Source: Lama glama (taxonomy: Eukaryota). From it: a stretch of DNA of 64,000 nucleotides. Below are positions 13,129 through 25,616 of the stretch, piece after piece. The stretch's first letter is position 1. Each line of letters starts with the position of its first letter. Below the pieces are notes generated by a model, which was given only the letters and a program-made list of their open reading frames with translations, searched no databases and was not told where the DNA came from. Location: NCBI GenBank assembly GCA_028534125.1, contig CM052816.1, forward strand, positions 26,228,001 through 26,292,000. Reading direction: 5' to 3'. The position numbers were made by a program, and so were the translations under genes.

Positions 13129-13500
13129 GTAGCTTATTCTCTCTTATTTTTGAGGATTATTCCATTGTATGGATAGTTCACAATTTATTTTTAATCTGTT
13201 CTCTTGACAGACAATTGAACTGACCAGTTTTGAGCTACTGTGACAAAGATGCTGTGAGTATCCTTGTACATTTATTTTTGTGATTGTTCATTTCTCTTTC
13301 TTGAATATTTGAGAATGGACTTGCTGGATCACAGGTAAAAATGCATTTAGTTTTATAATAAACTGTCAGATCTTTTTCCAAAGTGTTTTTTGTTGTTGTT
13401 GTTGTTTTTTACCATTTTGTACATTCACTAACAAAGTATAAGAATCCTAGTTGCTCTACTTTGTCATTGTCACTTACAACCTTGTCATTGTTATAAGTAA

Positions 13501-16500
13501 TTTTTTTTGTTTCTTATTAAGATTTTATTGATGACAAAAGAGCTTAGAACAATTTGGCCAAAAATCAAAAGTTACATTGTGTTGGTACAGCTGCTCCTCA
13601 ATTTAGAAAACTCAAGAGTAACCGCTGCTATGAAAGTGGAGAACAAAGAAAACAGCACGGAGAGGAGGCAAAAGCATGCCTCTATACTGCCTACCAAAGA
13701 AAGGGGACCAAAGCCCTACAGCATTGGTAATAAGTCAGCATCCTTGCCAGAAGAACAGTGGCCTGTGTGTCTCCATCTCTCCCATGTATAAGCTGGAATC
13801 TGGAGTCTTTGGGATAAGGGCCAGTGTCAGATGCACTGGAAAGGGGAATCTGGGGAGGTTAGGATCACCAGAGCTTGGGTAGGTGGAGGATAGTCCCCAA
13901 CTAGGTGGTCACTAGGGAAATGAATGTCCCGGCTTCGGTGTATGAGGAGCTCGGGTCTGGCGCTCTCAGCTACGCAAACCCAGGAGGATGACCACTCTAC
14001 TTGCCAAAGTGACAAATTCCTCTAAGCTGCTTCTGCACAGGACCAAATTATTTCTGAAACTTAATCCTTTTCCCCCAAAGCAGAAGTAACTCTACCTTAT
14101 GGAAACTGCATCCATGGGTAGAAGGACTTCGGCAGGAAACAAGGAGGGCATGGAGCTCAGCATGTCTAACTGTCCATAGGGGCTGTGGGTGCCCCACTAG
14201 GGGTAGGGATGGGCCCTCTTGGCTGCTGCCTTCTGCCAAATCCTCAGGAAGGACCCCGCAGGAAGAGGCCACTGCCCAGGAAATAGCCACCTTCCTGGCA
14301 GACTAGCCTGAGTCCCCTATTGGGGATGGGGGGCAGTGAGTGAAGGGTGAGCCCACTGCCCCTGAGAAGCACTTTGCTTCCCAGAGTCCCAGGGAGAATG
14401 GAGTTGCCTGGCCCTGAATGCTGCTCCCTCACCACCCTGATGTGCAGAGAGACGCCACTGGAAGCTAAAACTGAAAACAAAAATTCTTCTTGCAATTGCA
14501 TCACAGGTGTTTATCCTAATCTCTACTTGTTTGGTTTGTTTAAACTTCATTTCTGGAAGCTACTCACATCACCCAGGTCCACCACTAAGATTTGGGAGAC
14601 AAATTTAGGAAAGTCTTTATTTCAGTACTTCTTTGAAAGACTAAAAAGCAAATAGAAGCCTCCCAAACATGTATTTTCTTTAAATGGAAACCCTCTTAGA
14701 GCAGAGGCAGCGTGACGCCTGTGGTTTCAGAGCCGGTGTGGATAGCACACCTCCGTGGGGCACTGCTTAGCACAGCTGTCACCTGCAAGGAGTCTGCCTG
14801 GGCACAGAAATGTGAAGTTTTTTTTTTCTGCTAAAATGTAGTTCCCTTTAAATAAAAGAGAAAAAGAAAAGAATAGAGGAAAGGACTCCTCTGAGATGAG
14901 GGTCTTCCTTGCTCCCTCCTGGTTGCAGACCCAGGTATGGACACTTTGAGTTCTGGGCCTGCTTGGCAGCAGAGATGGTGGGGCTGGCTGGTAGGCAGTC
15001 CTCCGTGGCAGGACCTATGTTCTGCTCTCTCCTCCCTCAACTCCCTCTCCTCCTGACTAGGTTCCTGGGCCTGCTGAACTGTATGAGGCTCTCCTGCAGA
15101 TTGTACAGCCCTCACCTGGGTCCCACCCCTAACCCCCAGCAGGTGGTTGTAATTCAGCAGGTAGTTCCAGAGCGGCTGCTTGGACAGGGTCTTTGTGTTG
15201 CCCATATCATGCTCTGGTCAGGGCCACAGTGGGCTAGCTGGGGTTGTTTAAAAAATCCAATGCTTTGGTGCTTATTTTCCCACATACAGGAGAAGACGAT
15301 AAAATTGTTCTCGAACCCCTGAGATACAGTCATGCTGCCAGTCTCCACCCCCTGGTAGGGCCTGGTGGGCAGGGAGTCACTGAACTGCATGTACTGCTCT
15401 GGAGGAGCATTGATCCTCATAGGACATGATGATGGACATGATGATGGCAATCTGGCCCAGCATGGCACCTGTCTTCAGTAGCTTTATCATGATCTTTTCT
15501 TTGTTTGCAGCCTCTGCCCTGTTAGGTAGGAGCCTGAACTGATGATCTCCTCCTGGCCCTGGGTCACACAGAACATGTTCATACAACCCACTGCTATTCT
15601 GACAAGCGCCTCTGTAGAAGATGCGGGACAGGAAGGCGCTGAATGAAGGATATATCAGATAGTGGACCAGAGGCAGATGCAACAAACGGGATGAATGCCT
15701 AGCCCCACCAGGTGCTCAAAGAGTGACTGAGCCAGCCCAGCCTTGGCTGCCTTCCTGCACATCACCACGGGGTCCAGCTGGCAGTGATCACCCATGAGGA
15801 TCAGCTGCTTGGCTCCTAGGACACAGGGACCATGCCCTCTGGGGCTCAGCGGCCTGGGTGACTTCATCCATTAAAAAGAAGTGGAAATGCATCTTGGCAA
15901 GCCTTGGTCACCCACACGTGCAGCCGATGACATCTGTGCTCATGAGCAGCAGCCTTTCTGTAGTGTGCCTCTGGTGCACAGATGACAGTTCCCCATTCCT
16001 GTCTTTCAGCTACTGCAGTTTCTGGAGCTCTGCATCGCTACCCAAGTGCCATGTCTGGTTGTGTGAAGTCAGCAATGACAGTGGGGAATCAATGACTTTG
16101 ACGCTCTGCCTTGGGGCAGAGCTACAGGACTTCCAACCAGGTCTGTGGATCTTCTTGGTCAGCTGATCCTTGGCTGCAGCACAGGCCCAGCACCCTGCTG
16201 AGCCAGATGGTAGATGACTATGGCTGAGGGGACCATCTTCTGTGTGCCTGGTGGTCCCCTGATTTGGCTCAGCAGCCTCTGCAGCACGGTCTTCAGGGAG
16301 TCAGCCTGAGAGTGGTGGCAGTCAAGGAGCCCTGGTGCCGTGAAGTGTTTGGGCAGCTGTCACTTTTTTATCACACCTAGCAGTTTACGGTAAATGTAGC
16401 CTGCCCCTGGAGGTTTGTTCCACAGCAGATGTTTTCAACACTCTGCAGCATGTCAAATGAGGCTGACTTCCGCATGAAATCCACCCGGAAGTTAAGAGTC

Positions 16501-17958
16501 TCTCCACAGTGTGCCCACACTGCTCTGCAGCTCAATGGTGAGCTTGTTGCCATAGTTACCAGGGACTCTGATGACGTTGGCCCATCCTTTTCAACAGGGG
16601 CACCAGGTCCCCTTTGAACCACAGGCAAATCCTATGCCCCTGCATGAGCCACATGTTTCTTAACCAAGTTATTACTAAATACTGATTGCCAGAGTCAGTC
16701 TTGGGCAAAGTGAGGAAGGCAGTTCTCTTCTTGTTATGGCCTAGGTCCCACCTGACGGTGATGTTACCTTGAGTCTGGGACTCTTTCAGTTTCTTACGAT
16801 AGTTGGCTTCCAGGTTGACCAGAGGGCCAAATATCTCCTGGTACTGGTAAGAGTCCTCATGCCAGGTTCATGTGCTGGGGCCCCTTGTCCACCACTGGCT
16901 TCTCCAGGTCCTCCAAGGTGGTGGAAGGATTTTCATTCTAGAGCTGCTCCAGCTGGCTCATCTACTTGCTAGTAATCTGCGAGCTCACAGGTGTTCCTGC
17001 TCAGAGGGCATGATGACCAAGCAGGACAGGAAGCAGTGGTCCTGGATCAGGTGCTGCCATGTCAGCCATCCCAGTTGACTAACTTAATGCTGCTCTGACT
17101 GGTGTGGGGCTGCCTGCAAAGCAGCCCCACGACCCAGGTGGCTTCGGCAGGAATGAAGCCGAGGAAGGAGGCCCTGACGCAGCCGCAGTTGTAACACTCC
17201 TGGACCTTTTCCTCCACAGCCCATGCTATGCAGAGTCGCCTTTTTGCATTTTGCTCTCAGAGGTGATTTACGATGTGGCCGGTAGAAGCATTAACGTGAC
17301 CTATAGAACCACTTCTTGCTGGTATCACAGTAAACCGTGCAAGCCAGATACTATATTCCTCACTAACTGCAGGCTTGTATGGGGAGATCCTTCCTGTAAC
17401 AGGTATTGTCTTCATCCTCTTTGAAGTTTAACTCTCCGGACAATTGGCTGCTCTTGGCCACGCCCACAGCCTCATGCGGTTCTGCAGCGTGGTGCGGAAG
17501 CGCCCACCTGCGATTCCAGCTATCCTCCTGCAGCGCCCACACAAACCCGGCCTCCAGAGCTGCCCCCTCCAGGGGCACTGGTGGCGTAGGGAGTGTCTGT
17601 CCGGCCAGGGAGGATGACCTCAGTAAATTCGAACTTGGGGCCCTGCAAATCAAAGCCCAGCAGATCCGCCTCCTTCGAGTGCAGGAAGGTGCGCATGCGC
17701 GAGCTGAGCACGTATGCCTCCAGGCTCGTGGTTCCGCCTCCTCACAGCTCGTGAGCCTCTCGGTGGGCGGAGATGTAGATTCAGCATCTTCGCCTGTGCC
17801 TTTCCTCCCCCAGGCCAGAGCTCAAAGGCCGCTGCTGCGGAAGGTTGTCGGCCTGGTCTTGAGCCACTTTGCCTGGGGCCACACACTCAGGGCTGTCCTT
17901 GCTGCCCTCGTGGCCACCCGTCGCGTCGCTCACGACACCAGCAGGAACCGCCGTCTCC
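13501..17958 (-). pseudogene. UPF1: Processed pseudogene of UPF1 (regulator of nonsense transcripts 1), full-length ends with an internal deletion
   Basis: Intronless collinear UPF1 peptides across shifting frames: [116 protein letters not shown]. Start codon ATG>ACG at 17729-17727; stops and frameshifts; Walker A GPPGTGKT>GPPGTQKM (16257-16234). GC-rich 5'UTR 17730-17958; 3'UTR ~15054-13510; AATAAA at 13529-13524; A tail 13508-13501. Confidence 0.97.
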
Positions 17959-17968
17959 TGCTGTAAGT
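17400..17968. promoter_or_regulatory. CpG-island-like segment at retrocopy 5' end with NRF1 palindrome and GC box
   Basis: About 35 CpG in 560 bp by hand count; TGCGCATGCGCG at 17690-17701; GGGCGG at 17765-17770. Confidence 0.45.
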
Positions 17969-18839
17969 ACGTTGCTTTAATTTTACTTATTCTGGGGGAT
18001 GTGAGGTGGCCTCCATTGAATTCCTGATTTAAGATACTGGTTTTTTTAGTTTTAGAATTTCTACTTTATTCTTTTGATATAAATTCCAGTTTTCTGGTTG
18101 ATTTCTCCCTCTTGTAATCTGTTACCACAGTTATTTTAAAGGCTTTTTCTGAAAACCAGTATCTGAATCACCTAGGCCTGAGTTTGGCTGCCTTTTTGCC
18201 CCTTTTAGTTTTCTGCCTTTTACTTTTTAGTTTTTACCTTTCTGCCTTTTCTGTCTTTCAGTTTGCATACCTGGTAAATTTTTTATTGACTTACTAAAAT
18301 TATGTGTAAAAATTTTCGCGGTTCTTGAAACGTCATCTTTCCCTAGAGAGGAGTTCTTTAGTTTACGGCAAGCAATTAGAGAAGGCATGGATTACTTTAA
18401 TTCAAACGGGTTGAGCTGATTCACAGCTGAGTTCCATTCTTTGTAAAGCTGGTTTATTTCTGGTTTAACCACAACCTTAGACTATAACTTTTGTGGTGTC
18501 CAGTTGAGCCCTTGGGGTTTTTATCAGAACCCCATCCTTCTAGTGGCCCCTTAATCCCATTTTTTAATCTCTCCAGAACCATGAAACTGGCAAAAAATCC
18601 TGAGTGGTTTCTCAAACTCCTAGCAGCTACTTTCTGCCCTGCGTTGTAACTTCTCTGCCAGCTCTACTTACAAATTAGCAAATGCCTCAGGGGGAAACGG
18701 GTTCAAACTACTGGACTCAGTTTTTTGAACTCTTCTCTCTAGAATCTTGGCCTCTTAGGTCCTGGCTGTCTTTATGCCTTTGAACTCTAATTTTAGTCTT
18801 TTTAGGCTCGTGAGATTGCTGAAGTTCTTTAAAAGACTA

Positions 18840-19930
18840 TTGAATGTTTAAAGCAAAACCAATAATAGGTGTGGGATTTGTAGAATATGAAAACATGGCT
18901 AATATACAAGGTCTTGAGTGGGAATTAAATGAAATTATACCATTATATCTTTTTTTGGATTGTTCTTTAAATAGTATAATAGTATTTGAATTGAGACTGT
19001 GTTAAGTGTGTGTATGGCTGTCTGTAGGGTGACCACTACACACACAGTGGACACATACACAGAAAATTATTGCTAAAAGTCAATAAAATACATAAAATTG
19101 AATAATAAGAATTATTCTGCAAGCACAAAAGGCAGTAGAAATAAATGAACAATGAATAAATAACATATGAGACAAATGGAGAATAAATACCAAGATAGTA
19201 GAATTAAACTGATCTGAACAAAACCATAATTCCATTAACTGTAACTGCATTAGATAGAAATTGTAAGAATGTATGAAAAGAGCCATCTGAATGTTGTTTA
19301 TAAGATATTTTTTATAATATCTAAAAGCACAACTAAGTTTGATTTAAGAGTGGAAAAAGATGTATAAAATGAAATAAATCTGTCATGTGACACAGCAATT
19401 CAAATTCTAGGTATTAAGCTAAGAAAATGAAAACATATGTCCATTAAAACTTGTACACAAGAATGTTCATAGCAGACTTTATTCATCATAACCAAAATTT
19501 GAAAACAACCCAAAAGGCCTATTAATCTGAAAATGAATAAAGAAGTAGCATATTTATATTATATACAGTAGAACACAACTTAACAATTAAAAAGTGAAAT
19601 TTTGATTGGTGAAACAACGTGGATAAATCTTAAAAATACGTATTATCTGAGTGAATGTAACTGGGGACAAAGGAGTACTTACACATGACTTCATTTTACA
19701 TGTGTTTCAAAAACAGGGAAATCTGTACCATTGCTAATATAAATTGGAAACTGGTTACCTCTAGGGGAATGCAAACTAACTGAAAAGGAAGAATGAGGAA
19801 AATTTTGGGGGTGAAGAAAATGTTCTATGTATTAATGTGGGTAGTTGTTACAATTGCCAGAATCATTGAACTGTATTCTTAAGATACATGCATTTTATTT
19901 TTCATGATTTATTCTTCAGCAAAAAGAGCA
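18840..19930 (+). mobile_element. Old L1 (L1MC/ME-like) fragments including 3' end
   Basis: 'aaaacttgtacacaagaatgttcatagcag...ttattcatcataaccaaaatttgaaaacaacccaaa' and 3'UTR 'gaaaatgttctatgtatt...attgaactgtattcttaagat'. Confidence 0.75.
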
Positions 19931-20859
19931 TCACTTAAAAACAAATCTGGACTAAGACATTATTTTATTTGTTTCTTTATAACAGAAGATAGTAGGTACA
20001 TACAACTTGTTAAAAAATATTAAAGAAAAATGACTCGAAAGGTAGAGCTGGACTTTTTGCCATCTTATTTAGTGAATCAATTAGTAACGTATAACCACAT
20101 ACGGGATTGAAATCATTGAAAAATACGGTAGATCAATGAATTCCTTCTTCCAATAATATGATGGTTCTCATAGAACTAGTGCATGTCGCATAACGTGTGT
20201 CCAAAATATTTGATAAACAGAGGAAGGAAAGTATTTGAATTTACAGAGTAGAGTGCTTTCTCTTTGAGCCATGTATTGAAACTTAATAAAACATTAAATA
20301 AGGGAGCCATTTACTCCCTTATTTAAAATGATACATATTCACAATTGTATTATAATTTGAACTGAAAGAAAACTTAACTAGAGCCTTTTAGTCAAAAGAA
20401 TTTAAGACAATATTTAAATATTTTAAAGATTTAGGATAAAGATGGACATAATGGATAAACAAATAGGTGTTCGTAGTAGAGAAATGAAAACTAAAAAGAG
20501 GTCAAATGGAAATTTAAAAAGTGAGGTGAAAAACTCACTGGAGGTCATAACAACAGATTGGACAATGAGAAGAGATCATAAATATGCAGATAAATCAGTA
20601 GAAATAAACCAAAGTCCTCAGTGAAAGAAATAAAAAGAGTTGTATTGACCTGTTTATTGTGGGACAGCATAGAATTTGGACATACATGGAATTGGAATTA
20701 GGAGGGGAAAATTGCATTAGAGAAAATTATTTGGAGGAAAAATGATCAAACCTTTTCTAAGTTAAAAAAAATGAATGTTTAGTTGCTTATTGAATGTATA
20801 AGCTCCTTGTGATGTACAAAGTGAACTTTTCTTATCCAGCAAACTGATTTTCCATTTGA

Positions 20860-21200
20860 GAGTTATGATTTTAAGTTTCACTGAGATACAGTTGAAAAAA
20901 GTCAACTACACATATTTAAAGTGTACAGTTTGGTAAGTTTTTACATATGAATATACCCCCCACATTTACTTATTATGCCCATTTATATATAATTCCTCTT
21001 GCTTATCCTCTCCCCAGTCTCCAGACAGCCAGTGATCAGAGTTCTGTCACTAAGTGTTAGTTGGAATTTTCTGGAATTTCTTATAATTGGAATAACACGG
21101 AATGTACTTGTTTTGTGTCTGGTTTTTCTTTGACTCAGCATGATTATTTGGAGGTTCATCCATGTGGTTGTGTCTATCATTAGCTCATTTTCTTTTACTA
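20860..21200 (-). mobile_element. L1MB-like 3' end
   Basis: 'atttaaagtgtacagtttggtaagttttt...ttgactcagcatgattatttggaggttcatccatgtggttg'. Confidence 0.75.
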
Positions 21201-22809
21201 AGTGGTAATATAATTCTCTTCACTGACTATAAAACTCGTAAAACTAAGCTTATGGTGATAGAAAAGTGATTGCCTCAAGCAGAAGGGTGAGGATATTGAT
21301 TGGAATGGGCCCTGAGAGAAGTTTCTGTGGTATAGGAGCTGTTTATAGGGTGTAAGCATTTGTCAAAACCCATTGGACTATATTCTTAAGATATGTGAAT
21401 TTCACTGATTGTAGTTTATACCTCATGAAAAGAAAAGGCAGGGTATGAAAAACAACCAGATATACTGCCCAGTTGCCTTCATAGTTGGTTGATATTACGT
21501 GCTTGAGTCAATGATTTGTTTTTAACGTTTCTGGTTATCTAGAAGTATTACCTTTAGACATATTTTTCAAGCATTTTCCTATGATTTAACTCTTTCGTGA
21601 AGGCAAGTGTACTTTATGATAGCTTTTACCAAAACACTCTACCTAAATCAGTTGTTACTTTCCCTAAGTTGTCTTTATGGAAATAAAATCCATGCCCCAA
21701 ATTGAGTATACCTATGATAATGCCCAATAAATTATATATTAGAATGGCATTGCTAATGTTAAGGCCTCATTTTTATAATTTTTTCTTTGTCAATAAAAAT
21801 AAAATATGCACACCTTATATCAGATAGACTTAAATTTTGTCATAAAAATTGAGACATCATTCAAAGTAATTTGTAAATCAAATAATTTCAGTAAAATAGT
21901 GTATTTTTATTGAATGACAAGTGATTGAAGTCTAGGCATTCATTTATTCATGTAAACATTTATTAACTAGTTCCTGTAAGAGTAGGTGTACAAATTTACA
22001 TGCTTTACCTGTCCCAGGATATCTTTGGTTTTTCAGTACTAGATATTAGCTTATATAGAAAAGTGATCATATTTTTATATGGTTTATTATAAACTTAAAA
22101 TTGGACTGTATATCATTAAGCTGTATTCAGTATTGGAATGTTACTGAGTATATTCAATACTCAATATTGCATGCAGTATTATACTCTATTTTAAGCTAAA
22201 TGTAACGTTAGTAGAGGGTGTTGTATTTATCAGAGCCCACCTCTTATAACTGTCTTTTCTGTTCAGTTGTCTATTTAGTTTAAATACTGTTCATAATGGC
22301 AGAGCAAAAATGTACACGTTAGTATCCAAGTGTCTCTGAAAAATAATTACTCGGGCAGATACACAAATCTGTAGTGTCCTGGCTTGAATTTGCTTCTGTA
22401 GGATTTGGATCATTATGACTTTCCATTTAGAATCTCAGTACCATAATTATCATTTAATTATACTTTGTCTCCATATTTTTCCTTCTTACCACAAAATTTC
22501 GTTATCTGATGCTCTGATGGGACCTAGAATGGGACTAGGAGCCTCAATGCTGAGCTGTTCGCTACTGGAAACTAATACCACTCTCCTGAAAGGAAAGAGC
22601 TGTTGTTCCTAGAAGTACTTCAGATTATTTGTTTCATCAGGCCTTCTCCTTTCTGTACCCTGACCTCAATTCTGCCTCTCTCCTCCTTTGCTCATCACTC
22701 CAGTTGCTCAGGCCTCCATCTGACCTCAGGGACTGACAAACTAATTCTTATGTTTGGTACTTAGAGCGTTCTTACTCACATCTTTACAAGACTGGTTTAT
22801 TCTTTCTTT

Positions 22810-24075
22810 TCTTCTTTTTTTCCCTTGGTGAAGTATAATTAACTTAAAATATTTTGTTAGTTTCAGGTATACATCATAGCAATTTGATATTTTTATATAA
22901 TTCATATAAGGTTGTTATATAATACTGGCTGTTTTGCTTGTGCTATATATATCTATATGCTGTTTATTTTATACCTAATAGTTTGTGCCTCTTAGTCACC
23001 GTCCCTTGTTTTGCCCCTCCCCCTACCCATCCCTCCTGTGGTAACCGCTAGTTTGTTTTCTGTATCTCTGACTCTTTTATTTGCCCACTTGTTTTATTTT
23101 TTTGGATTCTACATATAAGTGAAAACATTTAGTATTTCTTTTGCTGTCTGACTTACTTTACCAAGCATTAATACCCTCCAAATTCATCCAGGCTGTCAAT
23201 GGCAAAAGTTTATTTGTTGTGGTTGAGTAATACTCCATTGTGTGTGTGTGTGTGTGTGTGTACGTGTGTGTACCCCACATCTTTATCCATTTATCTGTTG
23301 GTAGACACTTAGATTGGTTTCATATCTTGTCTATTGTAAATAACACTGCAGTGAACACTGGGATGCATGTATCTTTTCAAATTAGTGATTTTGTTTTCTT
23401 TGGCTCTATACCCAGGAGTGGAATTGCTGGGCCATATTGTAATTCTGTTTTTAATTTTGGGAGGAACATCCGTACTGTTTTCATAGTGACTGAAACAATT
23501 TACCAACAGTGTAAAGAGAGTTCTCTTTTCTCTACATTCTTGCCAGCACTTGTTATTTCTTGTCTTTTTGATGCTAGCCATTCTGTCAAGTGTGAGGTGA
23601 TAAATCATGGCAGTTTTAATTTGTTGAGCATCTTTTCAGGTGCCTGTTGGCCATCTGTATGTCTTCTTTGGAAAAATGTTCAGATCTTCTGCACATTTTA
23701 CAAATCAGATTGTTGGGTTTTTGCTGTTGAATTTTATGAGCTATTTATATATTTTGGATATTAACCCTTCATTGGTCTTATCATTTACAGATATCTTCTC
23801 TCATTCAGTAGGTTGTCTTTTCCTTTTGTTGATGGTTTCCTTTGCTGTGCAAATGCTTTTAAGTTTGATTAAGGTCCCATTTGTTTATTTTTGCTTTTGT
23901 TTCCCTTGAGGAAACAGATCCAAAAATATATTGCTAAGGCCTATGTCACAGTGTTCTGCCTATGTTCTCTTCTCGAAGTTTTATGGTTTTAGGTCTTACA
24001 TTTAGGTCTTTAAAAACTTTGGAGTTTATTTTTGTATATCATATGAAAATATGTTCTAATTTCATTCTTTTTGTG
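22810..24075 (-). mobile_element. LINE-1 3' portion (ORF2 C-terminus and 3'UTR), with (TG)n at ~23238-23270
   Basis: ORF 23309..23608(-) 'YHLTLDRMASIKKTRNNKCWQ...RTLFTLLVN' is decayed L1 ORF2; T-rich tail ~22800-22820. Confidence 0.9.
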
Positions 24076-24462
24076 TAGCCAAAGAGGTAGTGGATGCTCA
24101 CCTTGAAAGCAGCTGGTCTAGGACCTGTTGGCCTGTGGTGAAGGCCAGATATGTGAAAAGGCAGGTGGTGAAGTAGGAGATGTTTCTACATGGAAAGGCT
24201 GGTACCATGGACCGCAGCAGCCTCTCCATTGTGCCTTTCTGGAGGTCCTACGTCCTTCAGGTATCATTTAGGGTAAAAGGTAACTTCATCTTCATACTGG
24301 ATAGGGCAAGGTGGGACATATAGTCAGTAGCATCACCTTGAATCCCTGGGAGGATTGAGATCTGGAGCTCACCCAGGAGCTCCCAGGCCCTCAGGGATTT
24401 GTGCAAAAGGAGGGGCAGGAGTGCTCACACTGAAGAAAGTCTGGCCTCTAAAAAGTACCATT

Positions 24463-24620
24463 GAGGGAAAGGATATAGCTCAGTGGTAGAGTGCTTAGCG
24501 TGCATGAGGTACTGGGTGCAATCCCGAGTACCTCCGTTAAAGTATAAATAGATAAAAAATAAACCTACTTACCTTCCTCTGGGGAAAAAAAAAGCCAATG
24601 TAAAAAAAATAATTTTTTTT
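24463..24620 (+). mobile_element. tRNA-derived SINE (camelid Vic-1-like)
   Basis: A box 'tagctcagtggtaga', B-box-like 'gggtgcaatccc', A-rich tail; 13-bp TSD AAAAAGTACCATT at 24450-24462 and 24621-24633. Confidence 0.9.
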
Positions 24621-25616
24621 AAAAAGTACCATTAGAGTTTGGTGGTGGTGGTGGGGCAGGATGAGACAGTTGTTACTATGTAGGCATGTTTTTAGTTGAG
24701 GAACAACAGACCTCCCTCTATTAGTTTTTGTTAGGAGCTTTATCCCAGGAGTTCTCAGCAAGCATCCCCATTATAGGGCTGAGAACACAGAGGTTTAGGG
24801 ATGTCAGACAGCTGCTCAAGGACATGCAGGTCAGAACCGAGAACCTTCCAAATCGAGGGCTGCTTGACATTTTCTCAAAGCTACAGCAGCTTGATCTTCC
24901 CCTGACCTGTAGGAAAAGGATCTGGGGAAACTCATTCCTACCCAGTTTGGAGACAGTGTGCAATGCAGACACAGACTATGAAAGCCCTCCTTTCTTCAAA
25001 AAGAGGACACTGATGTTTCTTTTTTTTTTCTTTGCTTTCTTTATTTCTCTCTTTTCTTTTTTTAATATTCAGGGGAGTTTGGGAACCTCATTTTGTAGAT
25101 TTCAGATTTAGCAAAAGGACAAAACACAAAGATACTCATTGCCTAGTGTGAAGTGAAAACAAGTATTTTCTCTGATATCCTTTGAATATGTGCAGAGTGA
25201 CTTTCCACCCTCTGTTGCAGCTGGTTGGGTCTCATGGAGGCCCACATTCCTTTGGGAGTGGGGCTATGGGGCACTCTAATGGGAGAGGCCTGGGAGGACC
25301 CCGGGGAGAGGGGTTTTGAGAGGAGATTCTGTCATACCACAGTCTTTTCGGGTTCTTGGGTGTTAGGACCACTCTGTGACCATACTGGCCTCAGACCTGC
25401 TCTAGTTATTGTTGGTGGCTTGATGCATCTGCTACCTGCCAATAAACTGGAGGAATTAAATCCATTGACCAGCTGCTCACCAGCCTTCTGGGTGGCCAGG
25501 CCGAGAGGAATCACAGGCCTGCTTTGATATTACTGGAGGAGGGGACCCCAACAATAGTAATTGTTGGTGAGGATGTGGCGCATTTGGAATCTTGATACAT
25601 TGCTTGTGGGAAGGAA

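Larger units (their letters stand above)
12340..18030 (-). mobile_element. L1M (L1MA/MB-like) 3' end, interrupted by MLT1 and the UPF1 retrocopy
   Basis: T-tail at ~12338-12347, then L1 3'UTR motifs ('ttagttttgcctgttcta', 'tattccattgtatggata'); the L1 text resumes after 17980 ('ttttacttattctgggggatgtgaggtgg'). Confidence 0.7.
11660..18830 (-). mobile_element. Old L1 (ORF1/5' region; 11660-12060 and ~18040-18830) interrupted by nested insertions
   Basis: T-rich decayed L1 ORF1-like sequence on both sides of the nested block; ORF 11779..11967(-) has ORF1-like 'IIFENFSKQVKDFKPQ'. Confidence 0.5.

Noticed and set aside
15055..17729. Functional UPF1 retrogene
   Set aside because: Start codon lost, multiple stops and frameshifts, Walker A disrupted, SQ region deleted.
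17406..17966. 186-aa + strand ORF
   Set aside because: Non-ATG start; antisense shadow of GC-rich UPF1 exon 1, where stops are rare.
23240..23909. 174-aa and 89-aa + strand ORFs
   Set aside because: Antisense of decayed L1 ORF2 plus a TG microsatellite.
24463..24540. tRNA gene (also 63835-63905)
   Set aside because: A/B boxes are followed by a SINE body, A tail and TSDs; these are tRNA-derived SINEs.
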